Of a stretch of DNA of 64,000 nt, positions 23,801 through 31,763 are shown piece after piece. The stretch's first letter is position 1. Each line of letters opens with the position of its first letter. Below the pieces are notes generated by a model that was not told the origin of the DNA, ran no database searches, and saw nothing but the letters and a program-made list of their open reading frames with translations. The translations under genes were made by a program, and so were the position numbers. This DNA comes from an uncultured Acidobacteriota bacterium (lineage in GTDB: Bacteria; Acidobacteriota; Blastocatellia; RBC074): positions 416,001-480,000 of the forward strand of contig CAWCKY010000007.1 in NCBI GenBank assembly GCA_963796275.1, read 5' to 3'.

Positions 23801-24995
23801 GCCGGCCGCGTATGTGCGGCTGGAGTCGTTGCCGTTGACGCCCAATGGGAAGCTGGACCGCAAGGGGCTGCCGGAGCCGGAGGCCGGGGCCTATGTGATG
23901 CGCGAATACGAGGCACCGGTGGGGGAGGTCGAAGAGACGCTGGCAGCCCTCTGGGAGGAGCTGCTCAAGCTGGAGCGGGTGGGCCGTCACGACAACTTCT
24001 TTGAGCTGGGCGGACACTCGCTCCTAATTCTACGGGTGGTCAATCTTCTTGCACAAACGGGTTTAATAATCCTGGTAACTGACCTGTTCGAATATCCGAC
24101 TCCTAAACTACTTGCCGAACGCATCAAATCTTGCGGTGACCACAGCTCATCTGACGAAGTAATATGCATCAGAAAGGGCGGTCCGGAATCTCCGCTCTTT
24201 CTGGTGCACGAATGTACAGGCTATATATTTTATGCTCGCACGCTCAGCCAATATCTAGATCCCGACATACCTGTTTATGGCCTCCCTCCCCAATCCACGG
24301 ACGAACCTCAGTTGCGAACTGTGGAAGCATTAGCAAGGCGAATGGTTCGAATGATCCGCACAGCTCGGCCCAAAGGTCCGTACCGCATCGCTGGTTACTC
24401 GTTTGGTGGCCTTTTAGCGTACGAGATCGCTCTGCAGCTTATCGGAGCAGGTGAAGAAGTTGAGTTTGTAGGAATGCTGGACACCAGCCATCCTAGCCTG
24501 AAACGGATAGCGGAACTTGATCAAGTTACTATCGATGACCGGGAGGAGATGCTAATGGAACAGCTAGATATTGGATATTTGGAGCCTGGTATGGGCGAAG
24601 AGCAGGGACTGGCGTTTACCGAGTTGATATCAAAATCAGCAACAATCGAATTCGACTCACTGCTTGCGGATGTTCGACGTATGTCGCTGCTGCCACTACA
24701 TTTGATAGATTCTACGGATACGCAATTACGCCAGGTATTTATTCGCTCTTACATATTCAGATTGGCTGCATCGATGTACTCCGCCCAACGCATTCCAATT
24801 CCCGTCTATTTGTTCTTGGCCGAAGCAAGCCACGACTCTGCACCTTTTCTAGGTTGGAGCGGGTGCATAATGGAAGGCCAAATTCGCGTGATACACACCG
24901 CAGGAACACACGGTTCCATGATGATGCAGCCTCATGTCAAACCGATCGGTCAGGCGTTATCAACTATCATTCGCAACCTGTCGCCGAGTAGCTAA
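14895..24995 (+). CDS. Non-ribosomal peptide synthetase: TubC_N-like docking domain, truncated C, A-T, dual E/C-A-T, dual E/C-A-T, TE
   Basis: 3x YTSGSTGxPKG, 3x YGP(T/S)E, 3x LGGHSLL carrier motifs, 2x FHHLMGGESDPY + HHLTMDHGT, TE GYSFGG. ATG at 14895 (MTIDELLFEL) follows ACAGGAG. Confidence 0.96.
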   Translation: MTIDELLFELRSRGVQLRRSGHELVVPGKPDQLEALLIDELKAHKTALVELIGIDTDLWVGVSREEHKAYFRRLLGGVEEPTAPFGMLNVRGDGTGIEEAGLEVDAELGRRVRERARRLGVSAASLFHVAWGRVLAGVSGLDDVVFGTLLLGRMQGGQGADQAMGLFINTLPVRIRVGVESVEESVRGVHLQLAELLRHEHASLALAQRCSGVPAPRPLFSALLNYRHNAGEGTESSEEQRRVWEGIRVLSGEERTNYPCTLSVDDLGEGFRLTSQVQSPIEPKRICEYMHIGLASLVEALEREPERRVMSIDILTERERRKVLYEWNETEVEYPRERCVHELFEEQVEKSADAVAVVFENEYLSYAELNRRANQLGHYLQRRGVGPEVVVGVRLERSVEMVVGVLGVLKAGGAYLPIDTQTPLERVRYMLEDAAVRVILTKEMLADDMGQIISLDEEWEKISEENEGEPESGVVAENLAYVIYTSGSTGQPKGVGISNRSLTNLICWHQREFDVSAADHATQLAGVSFDASIWEIWPYLTSGASLHIVEEAKRGEAPELIRWMVEEGITISFLPTPLAELALSERWPETTSLRTMLTGGEELRSGERPAAPFTLVNNYGPTEYTVVTTSIRVDESCKEKPPIGRGIANTSIYLLDEQLEPVPVGVRGELYVSGAGLARGYVGKPKQTAERFIPHFLSGRDGERLYRTGDIGRYRPDGKIDFEGRVDHQVKVRGFRIELGEIEARLLEHEAVREAVVMAREERPGDKRLVAYYTSAEQAEGGAGAEALRTHLLAKLPEYMVPAAYVRLESLPLTPNGKLDRKGLPEPETGAYVMREYEAPVGEVEETLAVLWEELLKLEGVGRHDNFFGLGGHSLLAVTLAERMRRAGLQVDVRALFATSTLAELASAVGPQADAIEAPPNRIPSGCTAITPEMLPLVRLSAEEMEGLISGVPGGAANIQDIYPLAPLQEGILFHHLMGGESDPYVIGIQMSFDSRARLDAYLEAMQAVIDRHDILRTAVMWEGLPEPVQVVWRKAPLMVEEVELDAAGSDVAEQMYERFHPRRYRIDVRRAPLQRVYLAYDRANGRWLLTELQHHLTMDHGTQEVMEKEIEAHLLGKADGLPRPLPFRNLVAQARLGVSREEHEAYFRRLLGGVEEPTAPFGMLDVRGDGTEIEEARLEVDAELGRRVRERARRLGVSAASLFHVAWGRVLAGVSGLDDVVFGTLLLGRMQGGQGADQAMGLFINTLPVRIRVGVESVEESVRGVHLQLAELLRHEHASLALAQRCSGVPAPSPLFSALLNYRHSAGEGTESSEEQRRAWEGIRVLSGEERTNYPCTLSVDDLGEGFRLTSQVQSPIEPKRICEYMHIGLASLVEALEREPERRVRSIDILTERERRKVLYEWNETEAEYPRERCVHELFEEQVEKSADAVAVVFENEYLSYAELNRRANRLAHYLRGLGVSPDARVAICVERSLEMVISLLAILKAGGAYVPLDPAYPAERLRFMLADSEPVALLTQGHLQSVFTELSASLSVVDISEAPKWREQPESNLDGGSIGLTPEHLAYVIYTSGSTGTPKGVMVQHRGLCNLAVVEKEAFGLGDRSRVLQFASLSFDASVWEVFSTLIAGGSLYVHEQENLMPGDGLRRVLQEDQITVVTMPPSVLAVIGEEELSHLETVIAAGEACSAEIVERWARGRRFFDAYGPTESTVCASMGECEAGSNRKPAIGRPIANMQLYLLDGELEPVPLGVKGELYIAGAGLARGYCGRPDLTAERFVPNKFGGESRGRLYRTGDVGRYLSDGRIEFIGRIDGQVKIRGFRIELGEIEARLLEHEAVREAVVMAREERPGDKRLVAYYTSAEQAEGGAGAEALRTHLLAKLPEYMVPAAYVRLESLPLTPNGKLDRKGLPEPEAGAYVMREYEAPVGEVEETLAALWEELLKLEGVGRHDNFFGLGGHSLLAVTLAERMRRAGLQVDVRALFATSTLAELASAVGPQADAIEAPPNRIPSGCTAITPEMLPLVRLSAEEMEGLISGVPGGAANIQDIYPLAPLQEGILFHHLMGGESDPYVIGVQMSFDSRARLDAYLEAMQAVIDRHDILRTAVMWEGLPEPVQVVWRKAPLMVEEVELDAAGSDVAEQMYERFHPRRYRIDVRRAPLQRVYLAYDRANGRWLLTELQHHLTMDHGTQEVMEKEIEAHLLGKADGLPKPLPFRNLVAQARLGVSREEHEAYFRRLLGEVEEPTAPFEMLDVRGDGTEIEEARLEVDAELGRRVRERARRLGVSAASLFHVAWGRVLAGVSGLDDVVFGTLLLGRMQGGQGADQVMGLFINTLPVRIRVGVESVEESVRGVHLQLAELLRHEHASLALAQRCSGVPAPSPLFSTLLNYRHSAGEGTESSEEQRRAWEGIRVLSGEERTNYPCTLSVDDLGEGFRLTSQVQSPIEPKRICEYMHIGLASLVEALEREPKRRVRSIDILTERERRKVLYEWNETEAEYPRERCVHELFEEQVEKVPDAIAVEDGELKVSYRELNERANRLGNYLRLLGVVPGSRVGIMLERSISLVVAQLAVLKCGAAYVPIDSTFPEERQVWIVEECEARVILTSSSEPLAAALRERGVNLDETRLSEVPSGNLRLAVDSEQAGYVIYTSGSTGKPKGVMVPHRAILRLVINCGYADFNAEDRVAFNSNPAFDAATLEVWATLLHGGSLVVIPKETMLNPAALGSQLLRAEVTVLHLVAGLLGAYPEELRMIIPRLRYLLTGGDVVDPRAVKEILRANPPERIVHCYGPSESTTFATTHEVKEVEEGAMRIPIGRPIGNTRIYLLDEEGEPVPVGVRGEIYIGGEGLGHGYLNRAGLTAERFVADPFTEQPGARMYRTGDVGRYLADGAIEFLGRNDHQIKIRGFRIELREIEARLLEHEAVREAVVMAREERPGDKRLVAYYTSAEQAEGGVGAEALRTHLLAKLPEYMVPAAYVRLESLPLTPNGKLDRKGLPEPEAGAYVMREYEAPVGEVEETLAALWEELLKLERVGRHDNFFELGGHSLLILRVVNLLAQTGLIILVTDLFEYPTPKLLAERIKSCGDHSSSDEVICIRKGGPESPLFLVHECTGYIFYARTLSQYLDPDIPVYGLPPQSTDEPQLRTVEALARRMVRMIRTARPKGPYRIAGYSFGGLLAYEIALQLIGAGEEVEFVGMLDTSHPSLKRIAELDQVTIDDREEMLMEQLDIGYLEPGMGEEQGLAFTELISKSATIEFDSLLADVRRMSLLPLHLIDSTDTQLRQVFIRSYIFRLAASMYSAQRIPIPVYLFLAEASHDSAPFLGWSGCIMEGQIRVIHTAGTHGSMMMQPHVKPIGQALSTIIRNLSPSS
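15073..24001 (+). repeat. Near-identical intragenic module repeats (offsets 3231 and 3252 bp)
   Basis: 15073-16017 matches 18304-19248 and 21556-22427; 17086-19185 matches 20337-22427; 20337-20750 matches 23589-24001. Only the A-domain cores differ. Confidence 0.92.
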
Positions 24996-25176
24996 GCTCA
25001 ATGATTGGTGATGGATTGCCTGGGGCGTCCGTGTTCCAAGCATCAGGATTCGGTTAAACCTTCTTTTGAATAGGATTTATTTATTGCAATCGGAGAGCAA
25101 GACGATGAACTCGGAGAAAATATGGTGTGACCAGTGAGCATCGGTGACGCAAGATGTACCCAGCCCTCTGCCTGCC

Positions 25177-25214
25177 GAATTGAATTGAATTGAATTGATT
25201 GAATTGATTTGAAT
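25177..25214. repeat. GAATT pentamer microsatellite
   Basis: gaattgaattgaattgaattgattgaattgatttgaat directly after the Ldh_2 stop codon. Confidence 0.8.
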
Positions 25215-26299
25215 CAATCGAACGGAATCCCAGTAATGGAGGCCAGGTCGCGTAATTCCTTGACCACGGAAGGGAGCAGCTGCACGCCGTCCCGTGAATG
25301 TTGATCACGAGCTATTCGCTCAGGGTCGCCTGGGATGAGCGGCCCATCGGTGCCGGGAGCCGGTTTGGTCTCGCGGAAAACACGAACCCACTCATCGATC
25401 CGTTGCTTGAACTCATCCGGATCGATAAAGCCGTCAATTCGTAGGGCGCCAAAAAAATGGCCGATGCCTTTTCCCACAGCACGCTTCGACGGTTTCAGAT
25501 GAAACGGAAACGGGGGGACGAAAGGCCCCCAGTTGGCACCACTTAATATTCCACACAGAATATCGACCATGGCGCTCAGACAGTAGCCTTTATGGCCGCC
25601 GTGTTCGCGGTCGACGCCGAGAGGGAGAATGGCTCCCCCATTGATCATCTCCACAGGGTAGACGGTCGCCCGCCCCTCGCCGTCGATAATCCACCCGGTG
25701 GGCACGGTCTCGGATTTACGAATGGCGTTCTCAATTTTTCCGTAAGATGTCGAACTCGTCGCCAAATCGATGACGATTGGCGACTCTTGGTAACCGGGAA
25801 ATGCGATGGCGATGGGATTGGTACCGAGCATCCGTTCCCCGCCCCACAAAGGTGCTACCTGGGGTGTGGTATTGGTCATGGCCCACCCAATCAGATCATA
25901 CTTCAAGGCATTCCAGGGATAGTAGCCTGCGATACCAAAATGGGAAGAATTACAGACGCTGACCCATCCGGCTCCAACCGCTACGGCTTTCTCCATCGCG
26001 ATCTGATTGGCCTTAGGTCCGACGACGAGACCGAGGCCATTATCGCCATCCAGAGCGGCGCAGGCCGGCAGCTGGCGGATGATCTGTATGTTAGGTCGCG
26101 GATTGGAGATGCCGCGAGTTAACATCTCATAGTAGTTGCGCAACCGCGCTACACCATGCGTGTCGATCCCCCAGGAATCTGCAGTAACCAGTACCTCAGC
26201 AGCTTGCGCCGCATCTTCCGCAGGAAGATTACAGTGAAGGAAGATACGCCGGGAAAACTCCAACAGATGATCCACCGGATAACCGGTTTGAGTAGGCAT
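25214..26299 (-). CDS. Ldh_2 (type-2 malate/L-lactate dehydrogenase) family oxidoreductase
   Basis: ADSWGIDTHGVARL, LDGDNGLG, SSHFGIAGYY, LGTNPIAIAFP, GGHKGYCL, LIPGDPE. Confidence 0.93.
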   Translation of the reverse strand: MPTQTGYPVDHLLEFSRRIFLHCNLPAEDAAQAAEVLVTADSWGIDTHGVARLRNYYEMLTRGISNPRPNIQIIRQLPACAALDGDNGLGLVVGPKANQIAMEKAVAVGAGWVSVCNSSHFGIAGYYPWNALKYDLIGWAMTNTTPQVAPLWGGERMLGTNPIAIAFPGYQESPIVIDLATSSTSYGKIENAIRKSETVPTGWIIDGEGRATVYPVEMINGGAILPLGVDREHGGHKGYCLSAMVDILCGILSGANWGPFVPPFPFHLKPSKRAVGKGIGHFFGALRIDGFIDPDEFKQRIDEWVRVFRETKPAPGTDGPLIPGDPERIARDQHSRDGVQLLPSVVKELRDLASITGIPFD

Positions 26300-26470
26300 C
26301 TTTACCCTCCATCTCCGATGTGCTGTAGCACGAGTGCGTCTCTCGGCGAACCGAAGCCGGGGACCGGTGCCACGTTAAGATTGCTGCTACCATAAAACGT
26401 GGTGAGGTTGCGGATATTGACCCGGTTGAAAAGATTGAAGAAAACTGAAATTCAGGACACCTTTAGAATG

Positions 26471-27422
26471 TTAATCCCACTTTTTGTTGTTAAAACTGAA
26501 ATTCAGGACACCTTGTACCTTTATGGGCACGCCGTCGAGTGTAGTCGGTTTGAAGACCCATTTAAGAGCAGCTTCTATCGCTGCGGAGCGGAGTGACTGA
26601 TGGCCGCTGATGGCCCTGGCTTCGATAACGCGTCCCGATTCCGAGATGGTTACCTGTACCCTGACCATCCCGAAAGCACCCATCATCCTGGCAGTCGGTG
26701 GATAAACCGGTCTTCCTCTGTAGATGGCAATCCCATCCAGGATCGCATCACCTAACCGTTGGGGACCTTGGGGTCGCTCTGAATTTTGAAGTTGAGTGGG
26801 GGGTGGTGGCGGCACATCTTCCTCCCGAGATGACGGCTGTACCGAATCGAGCTCTGCCGTCAGTGCGTCCTTGTCTATGGAAATTCCAGATGGATTGGCA
26901 TTTACAGTCTGGGGCAGCGATTTGATCTGTTTCGGGTCGGCGCTGATTTCAGGGAGTTCGGCAGGCTGTTTTCCTGCGGGCTGCCGGGCGGCGGAAAGTA
27001 ACCGTGGCAACTCGCTTAATTTTTTCACTGCACGTAGTTGTTCTTGTGACTCAACAACTGCAAAATCGAAGGAAGCTTTGCCAGTCAGGCCTTTTTTGAA
27101 TGTTCCAATCAAGACCGTCATCACTACCTTACGCCCATCCTGTAATATGGCATTAGCCCCGATGCACTGCAGGCAGGTCGAGTTCCTTATCTGGCCCCGC
27201 AATGGGCTCCCCGCATTCCGACAATTGCCAGTTGATACCTGCGCGTGGGCCAACGAGCTGAGTGAACCATTCCTTCAAGTTCACATTCGGTAATGCAGGG
27301 TCTATATCTGATGCTTGTGTTCGTTGTACTAGATTAAACGCCTGTTTTTCCAACGATCCTGGCTCTTGCAGGGCATATCCCCGTATGCACAGCAGCATGA
27401 TGGCAAGCGCTGCGGCTTTCAT
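26471..27422 (-). pseudogene. tonB: Energy transducer TonB C-terminal domain protein, +1 frameshift near 27167
   Basis: Signal-peptide ORF (MKAAALAIMLL...DLPA) joins CIGANAILQDGRKVV... if one G is removed; C-terminus PVYPPTAR...VRVQVTISESGRV...ALKWVFKPTTLDGVPIKVQG. Confidence 0.8.
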
Positions 27423-27844
27423 ATTCCTCCTGTTGCAAACTTACAGCGAGTACTCCATTGAGAATAGCGCACCTGGGAGCAGCCCAAAGTTCATGAGTTG
27501 TCACGAGAACATTGAGAATAGATAGTGGAGCGCGTGGGATCACCACAATGCTCCTTCAATCTGAAGGGGCGCTGTAATCAAGGGTTAATCCAGCACTCGG
27601 GTTAAAACCAATGTGGACTAACATCATTTGGGAGAATCGAGTACAAAATTACTGTGAGTTATTCTAATTTAATTAAGTAAATTCCCATGTAACTGGTGTA
27701 ACGTGAGCGTTAAACCGCAAAAACTCTCAAGCACGTAGCGCAACAGTACATTTATAGTCATCTTATGTCAACATTTTATGCACACATGCGCTTCGAAAAT
27801 GCAATCCCTTAACGAAGAAAGGTTGGTGGCTCAGCGAGGTTGAG

Positions 27845-27990
27845 GCGTGTTGTTTTGGAGTAGTCGGATTTCATTATGCTGATCGCATGCTAAAATGTTG
27901 CGAACATGCTCCTTGCCAGGTCCTCCGGCAGGCGGAAAGAGTTGAGCGTGCGTTTGAAGGTCGGCCTGATCCGACAATTACTGAATGACG
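27845..27990 (+). pseudogene. Short decayed fragment of an ADOP/MacB-type ABC permease
   Basis: Frameshifted translation VLFGVVGF.IMLIAC.NVANMLLARSSGRRKELSVRL...LIRQLL. Confidence 0.6.
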
Positions 27991-29015
27991 GCGACGGCGA
28001 AGTCCGCGTCATGGAGCCGGCGTAATGTTCAACTTCCCGGACTACGATCACGCCAAAATGCGGTTAAACTGCCAGGTACGTAATGTGTGTTTGCAAAATA
28101 TTCCGCTAGCCGAGCGGGACTTACGCTGTTTATGTTTATGGGGAGGTTAATACAAAAGCTGGTGTGACCCCGATACCATGCAGTGTACGTATTTCGCGTA
28201 AACTTGCTGTATCGATGACCAATATACTATTCCCGCGGAATTCAATTGTAGTAGCCGTAGCGTAGCTGAGGCGAAGCCATCTAAACTAGGGGGAGAATTG
28301 TTATTCGGGATGGGATACACAATATTCCTCCGGGTTGCTGTTTGCCTGCACGGTCGCCTTAAGCAGAAATGCGGCCTTGATACCGTAGATATCTCCGCTT
28401 GGGCCCGCGTACTGCATCATTGATATTGGGCAGAAGGATTGCTACAAGCTGTTCCAAATCAATGGATGCAGTCGGAATGAGATTTGACAAAGACACTGAT
28501 CGCTTCAGTTCTATTTGACGTTCGATCAATAAACTGCCTGCATTTTGAACAGGAGAGAAAGAGATTGATCAGAATGTGATTTCGCCGCTGTGTACTTTAA
28601 GTTTTTTACTTTCTGATATTCGAACCTATCGATATCGCTGCACGACTTACAATAATTGTGCATGGGGAAAAGTGCTCCTTTGGCTCAATTCTAACGTGAT
28701 GCCGGCAGTCAGCTAACACATCAGAAGGCTTTTTTATTATGGTATGGAATGAGAAAGTTGGTCTTCTTTGACCGTGAGGATATCCAAGAGACGGTAATGG
28801 CTTTCCCCCTTGCTATGAAGAAGATAACCTTTCCTCACAGCTGATTCCGCGGACATAGGTGAAGATCAACTGCTCAAGATGGGGTGGCCAGCTGAATTCT
28901 ACCCCGATTAATTAAAAAGTCAAAAATAATTAGAAGGCCAAAAGAAATTCTTGTCTTATGAGCATTTCATTCTATGTGTCGGCTAGATGGCTTTGCTGTA
29001 CCAAGTACTTTGTGC

Positions 29016-29043
29016 AAGTCTGATAAAACATCTTTTGTAACCG
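29016..29043 (+). other. dif/XerCD-like recombination site 2
   Basis: aagtctgataa-aacatc-ttttgtaaccg; shares the upstream gtactttgtg with site 1. Confidence 0.55.
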
Positions 29044-29335
29044 GTGTCTAGCGAGTAGGCCGTTCCCGGATGTTGAATTGCCTTTCACGTCCGCGGCACA
29101 AGCATTGCCGACCGTGACGATGCTACCGGGCATCACTCATGGCCGATCTCGTGAAAACGTGCAACAACAGGTACTTGTACAAGACCAAGGGCTCCGAGAC
29201 AGCCGAGTTGGCAGTGACATGCTCATAACACAGATCTAGCCCCAGAAGCCACGTGATAGCCTCGCTTTGCTCATCTACTGACATCTCCTGCCAGTGTCGT
29301 CTGTCTTCGGCCTTTTGCCTTATGTCAGCTTTTGA

Positions 29336-30439
29336 TCAAGGCATGAAATCGAAATCTGCCCAGAGGAGGTGATGGTCGGATGCCTCTTCAGATGCCTTGG
29401 TCACTGTATCAAATGGCTCCCACGTATTTGGGTGATATGACCCACGCCGTTCGATTCCTGTGGTTTGCAGTTTAGCTTGCAATTGCTGTGACATGATCAA
29501 GTAGTCGAGCTTGTTGCCCGCAAGCCCTGTCTGGTAGGTGCCCGGTCGGTCCTCGGGATAGTCCGGATGCGCCATTACATCTTCGAAGCCATCTGTGAAC
29601 AACGAGGACAGTGCCAGGCTGTCAGGCATGTCGTTCATATCACCACCCAGTAACACGAATGGCGACCGGGTGAGTGCGGCAACGGCAATTACGTGGGCGC
29701 CCTTCGCTTGTGCTTGGCGTCGATCCTGAGATGTCTGGTTATTTCCGTTTCGCTTCGACTTCAGGTGGTTAGGTATCACAATGAGCCGCTCTCCAGCGGG
29801 TAAGCTGATGTCGAACTCCGGACAGTCTCGGGAGAAGAGCCGCTCGCCATTGGTCGCCAGGTCATCGACGTGACTCCTAATCTCGACAATTGGAAACCGA
29901 CTGAGAATTCCGAGATCGATGCCGCGTTGATCATTCCCATCTATGACCATGAAATGCGGATAAGCGAAATCGAACTTAGCGCCTAGCACTTGCTCATTGA
30001 ATCGCTCGAGTGTGGGTCGGGTTTCGACTTCAACGGTAATGAGGATGTCGGGCTGAACTTCGCTGATTACGCGCCCCGTGTTATAGGTAGCTTCCCAATC
30101 CACATCCTCCCGCCGCAATTCGAACCATCCGACCCACGCGTCGCGCCCGCTGGCAACGACCTCAACTGGTCCGTTCTGCGGATCACGGAAAAGCGGGCTG
30201 CGGATCTTCTGTAGCTGAACTAGAGCGTTTTTTGGTGGATCTCGGTAGTGCCACTTGTATTTAGCGGTGAGCTCGAGGAGTTTGGCCCTGTCACTGGCAG
30301 AGTAAACGTCCTTCGCCACAATCCGATTGGCAGTGGCATGGTCCTCAATCGCCTCACGCCCCGCCGCATCAGTGGCTTGGTTCATCGCTACCGGGCGGGT
30401 GAAGAGATTCTCAAGATTGAAAGTGGCAAACCGCATCAT
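29336..30439 (-). CDS. Endonuclease/exonuclease/phosphatase (EEP) family protein
   Basis: FATFNLENLF, DGNDQRGIDLG, FSRDCPE, NHLKSK, GGDMND, KLDYL, ASDHH. Confidence 0.92.
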   Translation of the reverse strand: MMRFATFNLENLFTRPVAMNQATDAAGREAIEDHATANRIVAKDVYSASDRAKLLELTAKYKWHYRDPPKNALVQLQKIRSPLFRDPQNGPVEVVASGRDAWVGWFELRREDVDWEATYNTGRVISEVQPDILITVEVETRPTLERFNEQVLGAKFDFAYPHFMVIDGNDQRGIDLGILSRFPIVEIRSHVDDLATNGERLFSRDCPEFDISLPAGERLIVIPNHLKSKRNGNNQTSQDRRQAQAKGAHVIAVAALTRSPFVLLGGDMNDMPDSLALSSLFTDGFEDVMAHPDYPEDRPGTYQTGLAGNKLDYLIMSQQLQAKLQTTGIERRGSYHPNTWEPFDTVTKASEEASDHHLLWADFDFMP

Positions 30440-30899
30440 AGTATTCTCCCTTCATATCGCTGACCACACGCTGGTGGACCTGGTTATCATGCTTTTGCCC
30501 GACGGAAAGGTGCTCATCGCCAGGGAGTGACACCGCTCGGCGAATTGTTCCCGAGCGAACAAACTCAAGATGCTGGTACCGGCTTTGCCCCGCTAAGGCA
30601 GGTAGTGCCGCCGAGAAAAGACGTTGCCTGTCGTTGTAGTTTGCTTGAACGTCTACAAGGTTACCGGAATGGGTAAGTGTGATCTGCGCCATTGGAATAG
30701 TATCCGCAAGGATAAATGGCGCAAGACGGGCAATCAAATATAAGTCCGAGTTCTTATCAGTAATGTAAACGGAAGGTTCAGGATTCGTCCCTGACGAATC
30801 AATAACACCGATTCGATAGGCGCAAGAAGTAGTTTTGTAGGTTAATCGAAAGTAAAAGATAAAACGTTCGACAAGCTGTGCTTTTATTGAACGAAGCAT
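30411..30899 (-). CDS. Hypothetical protein
   Basis: 162-aa ORF with AGGAGGAG RBS, co-oriented with and overlapping the EEP gene start; no recognisable motif. Confidence 0.45.
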   Translation of the reverse strand: MLRSIKAQLVERFIFYFRLTYKTTSCAYRIGVIDSSGTNPEPSVYITDKNSDLYLIARLAPFILADTIPMAQITLTHSGNLVDVQANYNDRQRLFSAALPALAGQSRYQHLEFVRSGTIRRAVSLPGDEHLSVGQKHDNQVHQRVVSDMKGEYYDAVCHFQS

Positions 30900-31394
30900 T
30901 GATGGTCTCCTCCTTTGTGGGTAAGTGATTCGGACTTAAATAATAGTATTAGAGCAGGAGTAGAGCGCGTTATTCATGCTTCCTCTCAAAGCTAGGAAAA
31001 CGGGAAGAAGTCAAATTACAAACGGGCTGCGACGCTTTTTATGAAGGATTCGAGATGCCGCTATGTCCACTCACAATGTTTATCCTGATGTTGTGTGGCG
31101 TTCCCGGGTCTTACACCTTGGCGTTGGATAGGACGAACGCGCGCGCAATTTAATGGCTGCCTACATGTTTCATCCCTGTATATTAAGTGATTTAATTAGT
31201 GCGAATCTTTCAGAATTTAATCATTTTCCGGGGAAGCGGAATAAAAAAGCTCAAGTGGAGACCGGAGGGAATGACCGCCTTTCTACTAATAAAAATGGTC
31301 ACTGGATAGCACGAATCTTGGCCACCGCTAATAACTTAGGAGTTACCGATGCGCAAGGGGGGATCAATGGAACCTGGTGGATGATAACGGCCCT

Positions 31395-31422
31395 TAGTCT
31401 GACAATAGGCCTTATGTAACCA
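31395..31422 (+). other. dif/XerCD-like recombination site 3
   Basis: tagtctgacaa-taggcc-ttatgtaacca; a degenerate inverted copy lies at about 31440-31467. Confidence 0.5.
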
Positions 31423-31763
31423 GTATGTTAAAAAGCAAGCAGTTACATCGATGTAATGATCAGGTTTCTGAAACCAATTGTATGAGAGTTTGGTGAGAAG
31501 AAAGCCGCCGGTTAATGTCCGCAGTGGCAGCTGGAGACCTTATTTCAGTTCAGAACTCGCCTGTTTGGGGAACAGGAGCTATATATATCTATATATATTC
31601 AGAATAAGGTTAGGAGTGGGTCATATTTTGATCCAACCACATGAAGAGGCGTTACACGCACACGGCGATGGGCCCATGACGCTTCCTAGTCAGCGCGACT
31701 TGCCGCCTTCACCTGACTCTGTCTAAACTACTCATCAGGAGCAGGCGAATCGCTCCAGATGAG

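Noticed and set aside
15073-24001. Diversity-generating retroelement (repeats plus nearby intron remnant)
   Set aside because: No reverse transcriptase, repeats are kb-scale modules and differences are not adenine-specific.
26441-26514. Mini-CRISPR (23-bp repeat, 28-bp spacer)
   Set aside because: Only two copies, and one is coding sequence of tonB.
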